This document shows positions 37,290-49,511 of a stretch of 64,000 nucleotides of DNA, in pieces. The position numbers and the translations under genes are program-made. The notes under the pieces were generated by a model. It made no database searches, was not told where the DNA came from, and worked only from the letters and a program-made list of their open reading frames with translations. Source of the stretch: Lepidodermella squamata (lineage: Eukaryota; Animalia; Gastrotricha); the NCBI GenBank assembly GCA_047495785.1, contig JBLDXI010000029.1, forward strand, positions 1,364,001 to 1,428,000, read 5' to 3'. The stretch's first letter is position 1; the number at the start of each line of letters is the position of its first letter.

Positions 37290-38240
37290 TTAATGTCTTT
37301 CGCTAAAATATGAAGAAATTATCCTAATAGAAATGACAAAAGTGTGACCTGCCCATCGCAAATTCACGGTTCATATACTTGTTAGCGTGGTTTGTTTGGT
37401 TGCCGGCCATCCATCCCACACTCGCGTGACGCTTGAGGAAGTGCGCCCCAGTTGCACATTATGTGCCTGGCCAATTTGACATAAATTGTTCCGCCGCTTC
37501 ATTTATCGATAAACAGCCCATATTCTGGGCGTCGTAGTGCTCAGGTCACTTTGTTTTCGAGTTATAAAAATTTCACACGGCCTATAGCTTTATTTCGATT
37601 TCCTGTACCCGCACGAGTCCATCGAATGATTCATAGAAATGAATAATCGTATATGCTCAAGTACGGGGGTTTAATTATGGTCTAGCCCTCAGATGATGGA
37701 AACCGCCGGCAATGTTAGCGCAAATCGATCGAGATTTGAAGAGGGCTAAGCATATTGCCATATTCTCGTTGTGAGCTCTTTGAGCTGCGATTTTAGTTAA
37801 CAGCGTCAAGATTTCTTGCTTGTCAGGGTGTTGACCGGCGTTATAGATAATGCCATCTGAAAGTCAGCTGATGTGGATCATAAAGATTAATTTGAGAGAT
37901 CTAACCAATCTTCGAGCTCAAAGGCTTCGCGCTGGCTGCGACGAGAGGAAGTAGTGCCATTTCGAAAAAAAGCAAAACGTTAAGTAAAGTAAGGGCCATT
38001 TTAAACTTTTTTATTCGTAAATCTGCGAAAGGGAAACACAGCATTATAATGCTCGTCATTCAGATTTCTATGACGAAGTGAGAGAACCACACCCATTTCC
38101 TCAACGGATGCGAGGCTATAATAATCGCCCTAGAAATGTCCACTTCCCACACAAAAATAAAATCAATTTGAGAAAAAACGGCACTGAAAATATCACAAAT
38201 GCACATATCCATTTGAATTGAAGTTATATTGGTAGGAAAG

Positions 38241-38760
38241 TCAACTCATGATCTGTTTGGCAACTTGGCGTGCCCATAAGTAGAAGCTACCCGAATCTGT
38301 GCAGATTTGCATCGAGTTGAAGTATTCCATGCATTTAGCCAGCTTATCTCGCTGTTTCCTATCCTTGAGTACTTTAGCGAGGGCCAGAATGAACTCCTGC
38401 TTCTTCGAGGGGTCAGAAAATTGCTCATAAGCTGACCCTAAGCGAGACATCTTCATTCTAACTCTTCAAGTTTACATTCAACTTACGGAGAGCAGATAAT
38501 TGGGCTAGTTTTGGGCTAACTGGCGTCTCCATCCTGCTAGAAATCGGGCCAGTTCGCAACTTAAGGCTTAGTTTCGGCTCATCTTTCATAGACTTAACCA
38601 AATCATCGAAAAGCGTGATTGAAATCGATGGTTCGCCGTCATCTTCAACTTGCCGTTTGATCCTGTCTCGGCCAGTTTTGTCAAATACCGGATGGCTATT
38701 GCAGTTATCCAGAAAAGTCTGAGCCAAGATAAGAAAAGAGGCGATGGAATAAATCAGCAT
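38241..38760 (-). CDS. Secreted C-x9-C/FYxWA peptide family, member P9
   Basis: MLIYSIASFLILAQTFLDNCNS signal, RIKR furin-type site, 49-nt phase-1 intron; DKLAKCMEYFNSMQICTDSGSFYLWARQVAKQIM. Confidence 0.87.
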
Positions 38761-39225
38761 TTTCAAAGCTGACAGTAAATAATGGCAGAATATTATGTGA
38801 ACTGATGCGCTGATCCACTGAGTGACCACTGAATTGTCCATATGCAATAAATTATTCCGCGTATAAGCACCTGCTGTGATGTTGTCAGACGATAAATTGC
38901 TGGAAGTAAGCAAAATAGGCCAGTCCTAGAATTTCGATTGACTTCAAACTCTCGATGTCATAGTTTCGATTTCTCGCTTTGTGAACGCATAGCTATAAAG
39001 TTGAGGACTAATTTAGTTCCCGAACATTTATTGTAGCAGGATTTCTTACGGGTGGGGAGTTTTTGGGAGACGCCTAAGACGTTCATCGTCGATAATAAGA
39101 CGATAACGTTTTGTTAAGCTTTACTTTTCATTATCCGAAATTTCAACATGATACTAAAATTGCTTCGCCGTTAAATTCATTGCCCACAATTCAAAACATG
39201 GTACATATATTTATCGCATGAATAT

Positions 39226-39693
39226 CTAATCAGATACATGTTTATCATCTTCCATGATATTTTTCGCCGCCATTCTGGCCCATACATAGAAACCGGTATT
39301 GTTCGTGCAGACTGGTAAAGAGTTGAAAATAGCCATACAGCGTTTCAGACGGTCGTTATACTGCTTCTCAGCTTGTTTCTTCAGTAACAAGCTCAACAAC
39401 ACCCCCTTATCGTTCGAAGATCCGCCAAGCATTGCCAGAACACCCTCTGAAAGTCAGTCTTCATTAATGCTGGATGATTTTTCGGACAAATTAAACTTAC
39501 TGATATTTTCCACTTTCCTTTCAGATAAAATTGTTGTTACCGGGGCCACTGTTGTAGCTTTTGCTAAGGTTTTGCCAGATTGGGGTTTAGATTTTTGTCG
39601 ATTTGGCTTGACAGTAGCGTCTCGAGCCGCGGCGGCTAAATTTGCTATTACGAAGATCAGCAGCAGCAGCAGTGAAAATTGAGTGGAAGTCAT
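39226..39693 (-). CDS. Secreted C-x9-C/FYxWA peptide family, member P10
   Basis: MTSTQFSLLLLLIFVIANLAAA signal; phase-1 intron; DRLKRCMAIFNSLPVCTNNTGFYVWARMAAKNIM. Confidence 0.88.
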
Positions 39694-40410
39694 TTTATGT
39701 TATTAGCGACCTGAACAATGAAAATTATATGGTACTTTGCGACGAGAGAGAGAAATGTGCGTGTCGTGTGCTTTTCGTGATAATACAAAGATTGAAACGT
39801 ATGAGTCGTGCACTAGTAACGCCAGGGGTGATTGAAATTTGAGATTTGAAAGAAATGAGGCGAGTTGGCACCAATATTAGCGAAAATTCATTCAATTTGG
39901 ACAATCGCATGTTGTGCGTGAATTTCGAGTCATGGAGCTGACGTGGCCCCGGAGTGTTGGTTCCAGATTTCACTCTTTGTTAATGTAATTTTTTATAATC
40001 AAATAAGTCCTGCGAGGACGCAGGCTGTGCCGGCCGGAGCATGATAGAAACAGTTCTAGTATATAAGGAAGTGACATCGCCTACGCTGCTTAGAGTGACG
40101 CAGAAGGCGAGAATAGCTAATTGAAAGACTATTTTAGCCTGGCTTCTTCAATATTTACTTATATGGCTCTTCACTTAGGACGCGTAAAACTTGAGAAAAA
40201 TTGCTGCCCTCTTGAGCGTCAGAATAATTTACTATTTTATTAAATAACAATAAACATTTAATCAATTTCAAGAGCTAAATCGTAACAAACAAATTTCAAA
40301 GCCATTCGAAATGGTCCGCATTGTATCACGCTGCTTTGAAGTGGTTTCACCGATGAAGTATTCAAGTGGCTACTAGAAATAAATAGATCGCTATAATGGC
40401 ACAACGAGTC

Positions 40411-40787
40411 TCAGTGGCCATGCATGATTTCTTTCGCCGCTAGCCGAGCCCACAGGTAGAACCCGAAGTTGTTGTCCGTGCAAATTGCCGGCGATTGGAA
40501 AAGTTCGATACATCTCGCTAGCCGCTCTGTGTAGCCCTTTGCAACTCGATCCGTCAGGAGTTTTTCTATCCGTTCGCGGTCATCGCCACCTTTGTTAAGC
40601 ATTTCCATCACACGCCCTGAAAGAGTTCGATTTTAAGAAAGGAAAATCAATGAATGAGTTACTTACTTGCTATTTGAGCTTTTCGTTCATTGTCCATCCG
40701 TTGAAGAGGGTCCCGTTTCATCGGGAGCGATGAAGAACCGACAACAAGCAGTAAAATCGTTAAAGAAACTAACATGGCTGAATTCAT
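40411..40787 (-). CDS. Secreted C-x9-C/FYxWA peptide family, member P11
   Basis: MNSAMLVSLTILLLVVGSSS signal, KR site, phase-1 intron; ERLARCIELFQSPAICTDNNFGFYLWARLAAKEIM. Confidence 0.88.
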
Positions 40788-41386
40788 GGTTCTTTGCAAA
40801 TGACCAGATTTGAAGGGAGCAGATTTTTATCTTTGAAAAAATATTTCTGAAATACCTACATGTAAAAAACGTATATGTCAGAATCAACAAGGTCGATCGC
40901 TCATGCGAAGCTTCCCAACACCCACGTCACGGATATATAATAACATCCGGCAGGTAATCGTCCACTTGAACCCTGATGAGGCACATTATTTAGCAGACGC
41001 AAAAGTGACGGACGACGGTTATTAGCGAAAAATTAGCCGGCTCGTCTAAATTTGTGCGCATAACTTGCGTACATTTTAATCTATCTAATAGCTGACAGGA
41101 ATTTCATTGAAAATGCAAAAAGCCCTTGAACATGTCAATCCATAGACGGGCCGTCATACGGCCCCTAAGGGACGAGTACAAGAAGTCTTTGATCAAGCTA
41201 TACAAAATATCGTCATCACGAATCACGTGTATGCGCAGGGAGGACTTTCGACTTGTTGAACTTCCGGTAAAACGACAGTCTGTTCAAACAACAACAAGGC
41301 TATCCTACGCAATGTTTTTCGTTTATTTTGTACAAAATAATTGCAATAAACATTGAATAAATTAACAGCTAATCGATGCTGGCTGA

Positions 41387-41787
41387 TTATCGCCGCATTT
41401 TACGAACCAGCATTTGAGCCCATATGTAGAAAGCTGCTCGCCTCGTGCAAATTGCATAGGAAGGAAATATTTTCAAGCATCGATTGATTCTCTCCAGATC
41501 GCTAATACGTTTCAAGCGCTTCAAAATCGCGACAACTCGATTGATTTTGTTCCGCTCAATCAACCTTATTAAGAGGCAGCCTGTTAAACCAGAATATTCT
41601 GCTAGAATTTTAAGTAATAGCCAAATGAAAAATGCATACGCAGTCTATTCGAGAGTTTCGTCTCTGGTTCTGGGTCACTTTGAGCTAAAGGAACAATTGC
41701 CACGCCCGGGGATGGTGAATTGTTGTCGTGGCCGTAGCAGAGAGGTGCAGTACATGCTAGTAGGATCAGAACAATCGAAAGATGCAT
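41387..41787 (-). CDS. Secreted C-x9-C/FYxWA peptide family, member P12 (highly cationic)
   Basis: MHLSIVLILLACTAPLCYG signal; phase-1 intron; ERINRCLKIFPSYAICTRRAAFYIWAQMLVRKMRR*; exon 2 is not in the ORF track. Confidence 0.85.
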
Positions 41788-41817
41788 TTTTGCGTCGGAT
41801 ATGTGAAGTATCGGACG

Positions 41818-41825
41818 TATTTATA
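41818..41825 (-). promoter_or_regulatory. TATA box upstream of P12
   Basis: TATAAATA on the minus strand ~31 nt upstream of ATG 41787. Confidence 0.4.
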
Positions 41826-42214
41826 GTCCTCTCAATTTCTATTTTTTTGTGTTATGAATGAAATATGGCTTCTACGGCACCACGCTCACCTTGGACTTCT
41901 GCTGCCAAAAGCAATCTCGAGGACATATAACAGATTAAGAGGTTAAACCGATCCCTCGGCTATATCGACCCGACATGTGAGTTCTAGTATCTAGATATCA
42001 ATTATTCCCCGACAAAATCGCGCACTCGGCGTCGAAACGAGAATAATCCTACTTTTTTCCTATTATTCATCAAATGCCTAGACGTTCCACGCCGTTATTA
42101 CAGATTATGAGTCGCTTCTTTGGGATATTTTTAATACTTCAGTACATTTTATTATAAGTTATTTCCAGGTATTCCAGGATTATTACGACAGGAGTAATTT
42201 AATAATATGAATTC

Positions 42215-42757
42215 CTAGGGCTGTTTCATGATTTGTTTCGCAGCAACGCGAGCCCAGACGTAGAAGGCGGCTGAGTCTTGACAGACAGCCATTGATCCAA
42301 AAACCTGTAGACATTGCGCTAGTTTTTCGCGGTACTCGTGGTCCTTCTTGCGTTGCAGGATATCGCGAAGTGTCTCCTCTATTCCGCCGTTTGATTTAGC
42401 ATTTTCCATCAAGCTGACAAGCGTTTCTGAAATAGAGATGGTTTGAACATTTAATTTGTTGCAACAGACAACTATCTCAGATTTCTATATAAAGATTTCT
42501 ATTCATGCCGTGCTAGAATTCAAGGATAAATCAAATTAGGTGAAATTAGTGAACTAGTGGACAAAAATGACATTAGCTATTTTCACATTTGTCCTTGGAT
42601 ACTGTTGAGAAAATGTGGACACGGACTTACGGATTGTTTGAACCCGCCGGGCTGTTTCGCTGCTAGAATCATTCGCCGTTACTACATCGGAGTATGTGAT
42701 TAGGTATGTCGCTAAAACAGCGAGAAGTAGCGAATATCTGCTGAATATGTGAACCAT
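42215..42757 (-). CDS. Secreted C-x9-C/FYxWA peptide family, member P13
   Basis: MVHIFSRYSLLLAVLATYLITYSDVVTA signal; phase-1 intron; EKLAQCLQVFGSMAVCQDSAAFYVWARVAAKQIM. Confidence 0.88.
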
Positions 42758-43802
42758 TTTCGATTGAAAAGTGTGATAAATCTGATAACTCTGTCCGAAT
42801 TCAAGACGGCATCGAGTATTACAATGCAAATAAACAATAAAATTGACCTAATTTGAACATAAAATAATAACTCAATAATGAATTTGAACTTGGAATTTAG
42901 TAAAATCTCATTTTTTATTGCGCGTAAAAACATGCAATTTTATTAGTGCCACTCGACCCTTGCCTACGCTGTCTAGTAAATTAACTATCTAGGATTCAAG
43001 AAGGGGCTCATCAGTGGCGGTACATTTGGAGTAGTCTCAACGACCTAATGGAGAAAATCAAATTCAAATCATCACAAAGAAATCACACTTACGCGCCTCA
43101 TCTCATCGTACGGCAATCGTGGTTGCGCTGTCTCAAAGTGGTGATTTCGTTCTACATCGAAATTCTCGCACAACGTCGTATTGTTATTTAATCGATAAAG
43201 GATGTCACTTTTCTCATCAGACTAATGTCAAATGTTATATTAGACAAATATCTTCTTTGTAAATATTTGGCAACCCAAAATAAATGGATTGAGACATCAG
43301 GCCATTTTGTAACTAAAACCCCCTCTTCTATCGAATTTTGGCAGCTGAGGAAAAGCTGAGGAAAGCTAAGAAGACGCTCTGTAACCAAAGATCTTAACAT
43401 ACGCAGAAGTCGACGTAGTATCAGCAAATTGCTATTATATTCTTCAGATAGGAAAACTGAAGAAATCATGTCGTAATCATTATTGTTTAAGTATCTGGAG
43501 TTTGGAGCCGATGACTCGAGACTCGATTGTAATTGAAAATGTGCAAAGGCGTGGCATTATTTTCTACAACTCGGATATGTTGTATGTTGCTAGAATTTTC
43601 TAGCGTGAAACTCATGGTGATAGCCTACCGCCTACTCTGTTTAAATAGCAAAGAACTTGCTAGATTTTTAATTTATTGTAAATACTGATTTCAGCTGTTG
43701 ATTAGAAAAATGTAAAAATAAATCCAAACACTTGACTACGGCAATTTCTTTCACGCACAATGAACACACTATGATGCACCGACTGGTCATTTGTTTGCCA
43801 TG

Positions 43803-44201
43803 TCATCCAGCACTCGGCGACATTATTTGATTTCGTACCATTTTCGCCCACAGGTAGAACCCGGTGTTGCGGGTGTTGGTGCAAAATGATTTCATATTGA
43901 AAATAGCCATGCATTGCGCGAGGCGTTCGCGGTACTCGTGCTCGGCCCTCTTCCTTGCTAGAAGGCTTTTCAGCTTCTGCTCATTTCCCGACTCCAGCAA
44001 ATCAATCAAAAAATCTGAAAGAAACAGAAGCAACAAATAATTTTGTTTACAGTATAAGCTTTAAGTATAAACTTTACTTAGGTGCTTTACTTTATCGGCT
44101 CGCGCCAAGTCAGAATCTAGATGAAGTATTGACGCCTCGATTTGCTGAGAGAAAATTACACCGATACCAATACATAGAGAAGTCAAGAAAACCGCCCACA
44201 T
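43803..44201 (-). CDS. Secreted C-x9-C/FYxWA peptide family, member P14
   Basis: MWAVFLTSLCIGIGVIFSQQIEA signal; phase-1 intron; ERLAQCMAIFNMKSFCTNTRNTGFYLWAKMVRNQIM. Confidence 0.87.
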
Positions 44202-45166
44202 CTAAGAATCAAAACATATTAACCTCTCTAAAAGCTTATAACAAAGCAATTGGAAAAAATGATTTTGTGGTTAATATAAAGAAAATTATTCAAAAACTCT
44301 CATATATTGCGCATCCGGATGGACAAATTAAGTTGTTCTATTCTGAGGTTTGTCTCAAATTCAGACGATAGTATCCGCGATTGCCTCCGTGGAAGCCTTT
44401 TAAATTCTTAGTGCCACGTTTAGCCCCGAAGGACAGTAGTAAGGTAAGTAGACCAATTCATTGCGTCGCCGACGTAGAAAATCCGAGGAATAGGTATAAG
44501 CGTGTCCTGATTAGAAGTATGCGGAGTATCCTAATTGATGATTAGAGTACACGAAGTGCGGCTTTATTTATACGCTCTTTACCCTTTGTCTATTCGACCT
44601 TGAAAACAGTAAACAAGTGATTATTTCGAGCCATTTCACGACTCAATCAATATGGGAACAACGTGATGTTAGAAAATCTGAACATAGGTGGCTTGTTTGT
44701 TCTCGATCTAACGTCTGAGCCTTAAAAATGAGGAAATAATAGAGCTGTGGAGCCAAGTTCGGCGTGGATATTTGGAATTCATGGCTATCCCAGTAGGTAG
44801 ATAAAGAACTGTCCGCAAGAAAAGCGTTGCTTTCAAAAGCTCAGACACAATGGTTGTGCGACTGTTGCAAGTTAGCACAGTTTTTTTTGCAGACAGTCTC
44901 ATATTATAAGCTTCGAGCTGTTTTCTAAATATCGAATTGCGAAGGAGGGTACTATCTATATTTGGAGTAAATCGCCCCCATGTAGCATTCAGGAAATGTA
45001 CGTAAAAATCAATCTTTTAAAACCACTGAATGCACTTTCTGAACTGTAATTGCCGTATTCTATGCGAGGAAATCTCCTAATGTAAATCAAATTCATTGCT
45101 TCCTACTACGAAAAACGCTTCATTTTTACACGCCGAAATCATACTTTATTGGTGCTCAAATTTTAT

Positions 45167-47578
45167 TTAAGGATCCATGAATGAAATGGCGACATAACGA
45201 GTGCCTTTAGTGACAGGAAGACCTTCATGCCAATGCGTTATTCTGCCCGGGTGGAAGACAATTGACCCTTTCGGCTGATTGAGAACAGAACAGTTCTTGC
45301 TAGTGATGCGCAGACCGCCTCCTTCATAGTCGACCCCGCCAGTTTTCAACGCGATATTGCTTGAGTAAGTGCTTGTATCAAAATGCGGGGCTAATGAGGC
45401 CTGCTCATCAGGACGATATCGAATGACGAAGTCTATCTGCGATTGGCATTTTGTGGTGTAGCCTGGATAGGCATAGTTGACCAGCTGGGCGATGTATCGG
45501 AAACACATGACAGCCCATTCGAAGGACAGGTTGATGTCTCGCAGATGAACATCGACTGTTGGGTACGAGTCATTGAATTTTCCGTGGCTGAATGCGCCGA
45601 AACGTTCGACTTCATCCACTAAATGGTCGGCGAAGATTTCAGTCGCGAACGGGAAGCCGAAGACATCTGGGCACAACTCGTAATTTTCCCTGGGTACAAA
45701 GCTTCCGTCTTCATTTCTCGCTGGTACCAATTTACGAGCTGGGTCTATGTAGAGCTCGTCCCAGTCCATTGGGTTGCGGACGATTTCGTACAGTTCAGGG
45801 TGGGCTCTGTTTAACTGACAGTTCTCAACGTTGATCAAATGGCCGAAGTAAACGAAATTAGCGATGTGGTGATGGAATCCGTAATTGATTATCTTTTGGC
45901 TAAGCTGTTCGTGGGTATCAGCTCCTTCCCATGTCATTTTATTGTAAACAATGTCTCGAAGAAGCAGCGCGTGGCTCGCGTAAGGAACCTTCCAAACACC
46001 CCTGATAAGAGAAAATCAGATGAAAACTTCGTGGAAAGAGTGAGAATTAGGAAAATTCAGGTGAATCTGTAAAACCTTTCTGAATAGATCAAACTTCCAA
46101 GCATGGCAACGGGGGTTGATAGGAACAAGTTTACTAACCTGATGGCTTCAGTGTAAATGTTTTTGTATTCAGCCGGCTGACTTGAAAAGTTTGCTTGGGT
46201 GTCGTATTTGAAATTTGACGTGAAGCCATCGAACTGGATTAACATCGGAGCGACAACATTTTTACGTAGACTAACGAGAATTCTCAATGCGTCAGGATTT
46301 TGTAATCGAGCCGCCGAGTCGACAAGAAAAAAGTACCCCGATCTAAAAGACTTGGTAACTTTCCTAGGGAGCAAATGTATTATACTAGCGTCAAAACTTC
46401 AGCGAAAGCCTTATTACTTACATCATCACTTCATACACGACTTTCTTTTCGATAGACAGCTCGCTGCCAACATATTTCAGATCTCGATAGCTGCTGTCGT
46501 CCATTGATTTTAAGAACTCTTTCACTGTAGCCTCGTGATGAGGAACCGCATTGTAGATAACTAAAGCCAGACGATTTTTAGGATAGTTCAATTTGCGAAT
46601 AGCATCGATTGTAAAGTTGAGAAACGGCGTGGCGGTGTTGATCAGAAATCCGATAGTCACCATTGGCAAATTTTCATCCTAAAACGAAGGAATACTAGTT
46701 GTTTAGTTCCAACCCTACATTAAACAGGGCTGAAACTTGCTTTGGATAACGTAGCTGTCGAATTTTCCTCAGTTTGAAGTCTGGTCTTTCCGTCGCGTAA
46801 TGGGGTGCCGTAAGATATCAAATCAGCCAAGTGATTGAATGGAATGCTGTTTTCATCAGATGCCAGAAGTATCACTGGATTAGCTTGAGACTCCTTGTTC
46901 GCCAGAATTGAGACTTCCGAGGAAGCGTTAACCTCGATTTTCCCGAATGACACCGTAGTCATTGTTTGAAATAGTCGAGACTCTTTGTCGAGAATTATTT
47001 TGCCGTCTTTCCCTGCCGATAGCACACCCTCTAAATGGTGCTTTAGATCAAGGGTAGAGCTGGAATGAAGTCCTAATTCACAAATTGGCCCCAAAAATCC
47101 TATAAAGCTAACAGGAGCTGCCACTTTGAACCCCATTGTGTCTTGTGCCTCCTCAGCTGCGATGACAACATCAGCCCCCGAAGCAACGAAGTTGTCAATG
47201 ATTTCTCGCTCATTTCCGATTATGTAACTGTTGTTAGCTTCTAGATATAATAGGATGACATTCTCCACTTCACCCGTTTTGCATTTTGCCTCAAGTTTCG
47301 TCCTCAAGAGCTCCGACGGGCTTGATGGAGGCATAGTTTGATCATCTGACGACAATATGTTAATGTCTATTCCACGATTCACGCCAGATTGCCACAATTG
47401 CCGCAGACTGTCGGTTCTATCGGTTGTTGCTGTGTAAACCTCCAGGCGCAGTCGGTCTGGCCAAAAATATGAGCAATTAACATTTTTATATAGATGTGGG
47501 AACAAGGCAACCTTTGGTACACGAACTGCTAGGCGTGGAAAAACTAACTATCAGCAGAGCGAAAGATAACCAATTCAT
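45167..47578 (-). CDS. PLOD: Procollagen-lysine 2-oxoglutarate 5-dioxygenase (lysyl hydroxylase)-like, multi-exon
   Basis: Signal peptide; TPFLNF..LNYPKNRL, KNVVAPML and CPDVFGFP; C-terminal FVIRYRPDEQASLAPHFDTST..YEGGG..HPGRITHWHEGLPVTKGTRYVAISFMDP with Fe ligands HxD..H and the 2OG-binding Arg. Confidence 0.93.
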
Positions 47579-48046
47579 TTCAGTGAATCACATTTACTCT
47601 ATATAAATGAGGAAATGGATTTTGCACTTTGAGTTTCTGATAACGATTTGATTGAAGGCTTAACGTAACATACTTCAAATAAGGCATTACAAATTGTCAT
47701 AATCGCTCTCCAGCTCACGCCAAAATATATCGGATTAATTGGGTTTTATTGGGTAAAAGTGGGAATAATTAGAATAATTAGCATGAAGAAATTGTGATTA
47801 CACTGTATCATTTCTAGCGCTGCCGAATGAAGACTTGGGGAACGATTTAGGCAGGCTTACATCATGAAATGCTTTGGTGGGTTAACATTATAACTAGTCG
47901 TGCTGACGGTGACTATACAGAGCTTGCAACCATGCAAGAACAATATTTACCCACCTGTAGGCATATGTCATACTCCACTCTCTCAAAGCGGATATACGGT
48001 CCTCAAGCGGCTGCCGTATTGGAGCATCATTGTCTCATTAGCAGGG

Positions 48047-49511
48047 ATGAATGCCACGCATAAATTAGTCACATTCATTGCAAGTTGTGTTTTCTTGGGC
48101 AGTTTTGTCGCCTACTATTCCACTTTCGATGCAATCGTGTACCATCGCAAAAAGCTAGCTAGTCGGCTCAATGAAAATAACTTTGGATCGAAATTGCTAA
48201 ACGCTCTAAAGATCCACCCCTTTAACAGGGAATCAGGTTACGAGGCCGGCGATGAGGCAATTTTATTCACGGAGGCGTTTCGCATTTTTGCTGGGGACCT
48301 CGAATCAGCTCATGATTTGTTGGAAAAATCGTGGCAAGCATACAATTTGACGAAAGAAGCCGGCTACTCAAATACCATCCCGCTTCACGAAATTATCAAC
48401 GGGCTCCTCCATCTTTCAATGGCGCTTGGTAAACCTGAGGAGGCTATGGATGCCATTAGATCGGCTTTGCAACAATCCGAGATTCATAGCGATGACTTTT
48501 GGCGAAAGACTCTCCAAGAGGAACTCCATGAAATACCGCAGAGTGTTATTCTACAATATTTCAAGGCGCGTTTAAAACTGTTTTATTGCTCAAATTAAAT
48601 TTTGTTAATGCAGATTCAAGGAGCTGAACTGAGCAAAGCGCCTGTTGAATTTCAAGTACAAAAGGCGAAAGAACTTTCAAACATTGATGATTATGCCTCA
48701 TGTGCTAATGATTTCGTGCGAAATGCTATGCGTCGTAACGCAGCGAATCCCAAGTTGTTCTGTCGATATGATAATCGAAACAACCACCCGTTTCTAGTAC
48801 TTTGCCCTGTTAAAGAGGAAATACTCAGTCTGGATCCGATATAATTATGGTGTATGATCTTACGACAGCTGCTGAGTCGAATCGATTGAAGGAGAAGCTG
48901 GGAAAGGCCTCTCACCCTCTACAACTTATGATGATGACAACACAAGAACTCGCAGTACAAAGAATGATCGCAGAAAATCAGACGTCGCATGGATTCCGTC
49001 GCCTTTCGTTGCGAAACTAACGCGTAGATTGGGATCTATATTTGGAATGGATGCGAATGATGGAGATGGATGCGAGAGATACCAGGTAAAATTTTAGGTT
49101 GCTGACCGATATTTGTTAAAGGTGAATCGCTATGGAATCGGGGGCCATATCAGGCCCCTTTTGGATCTTTATGGGGCCAGTGTCGACCCGAAATTGGGCG
49201 ATCGCTTCGCTACTCTCCTAATGTATTTCAACGACGTTGAAGAGGGTGGTGCGACAATGTTCTACGATTTGCAGTTTAGCGTCTTACCTGTCAACAACGC
49301 TGGTATCTTCTGGTTTAGTATGCATAAGAATGAGACGGCGCGCCTAGATACTCTTCATGCCAGCTGCCCTGTGATCCGCGGCCATAAATGGGTGGCGAAC
49401 AAGTGGTTCCGATTCCGCGGGCAGTTTCGTCACAAAAAATGCGGCCTCACACAAGATGAAGACTTTGCATTGACTGATTTGAATACCCCTGATTCACTCA
49501 AGAATATTTGA
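48047..49511 (+). pseudogene. P4HA: Prolyl 4-hydroxylase alpha-like, copy 1, disrupted
   Basis: Against copy 2 there are two 1-nt deletions (~48840, ~48893) with an in-frame TAA, and the Fe-binding HxD reads LLD (HIRPLLDLY). Confidence 0.7.

Noticed and set aside
24542-44201. Assigning the peptide family to ALKAL/augmentor, calcitonin, insulin or an FYY luciferin precursor
   Set aside because: Cys number and spacing (two Cys, x9) fit none of these. FY is internal and followed by xWA, not a terminal FYY.
43955-44371. 138-aa plus-strand ORF (and the similar 41484-41861 and 39299-39682 ORFs)
   Set aside because: Antisense to peptide genes P14, P12 and P10, with no independent coding signal.
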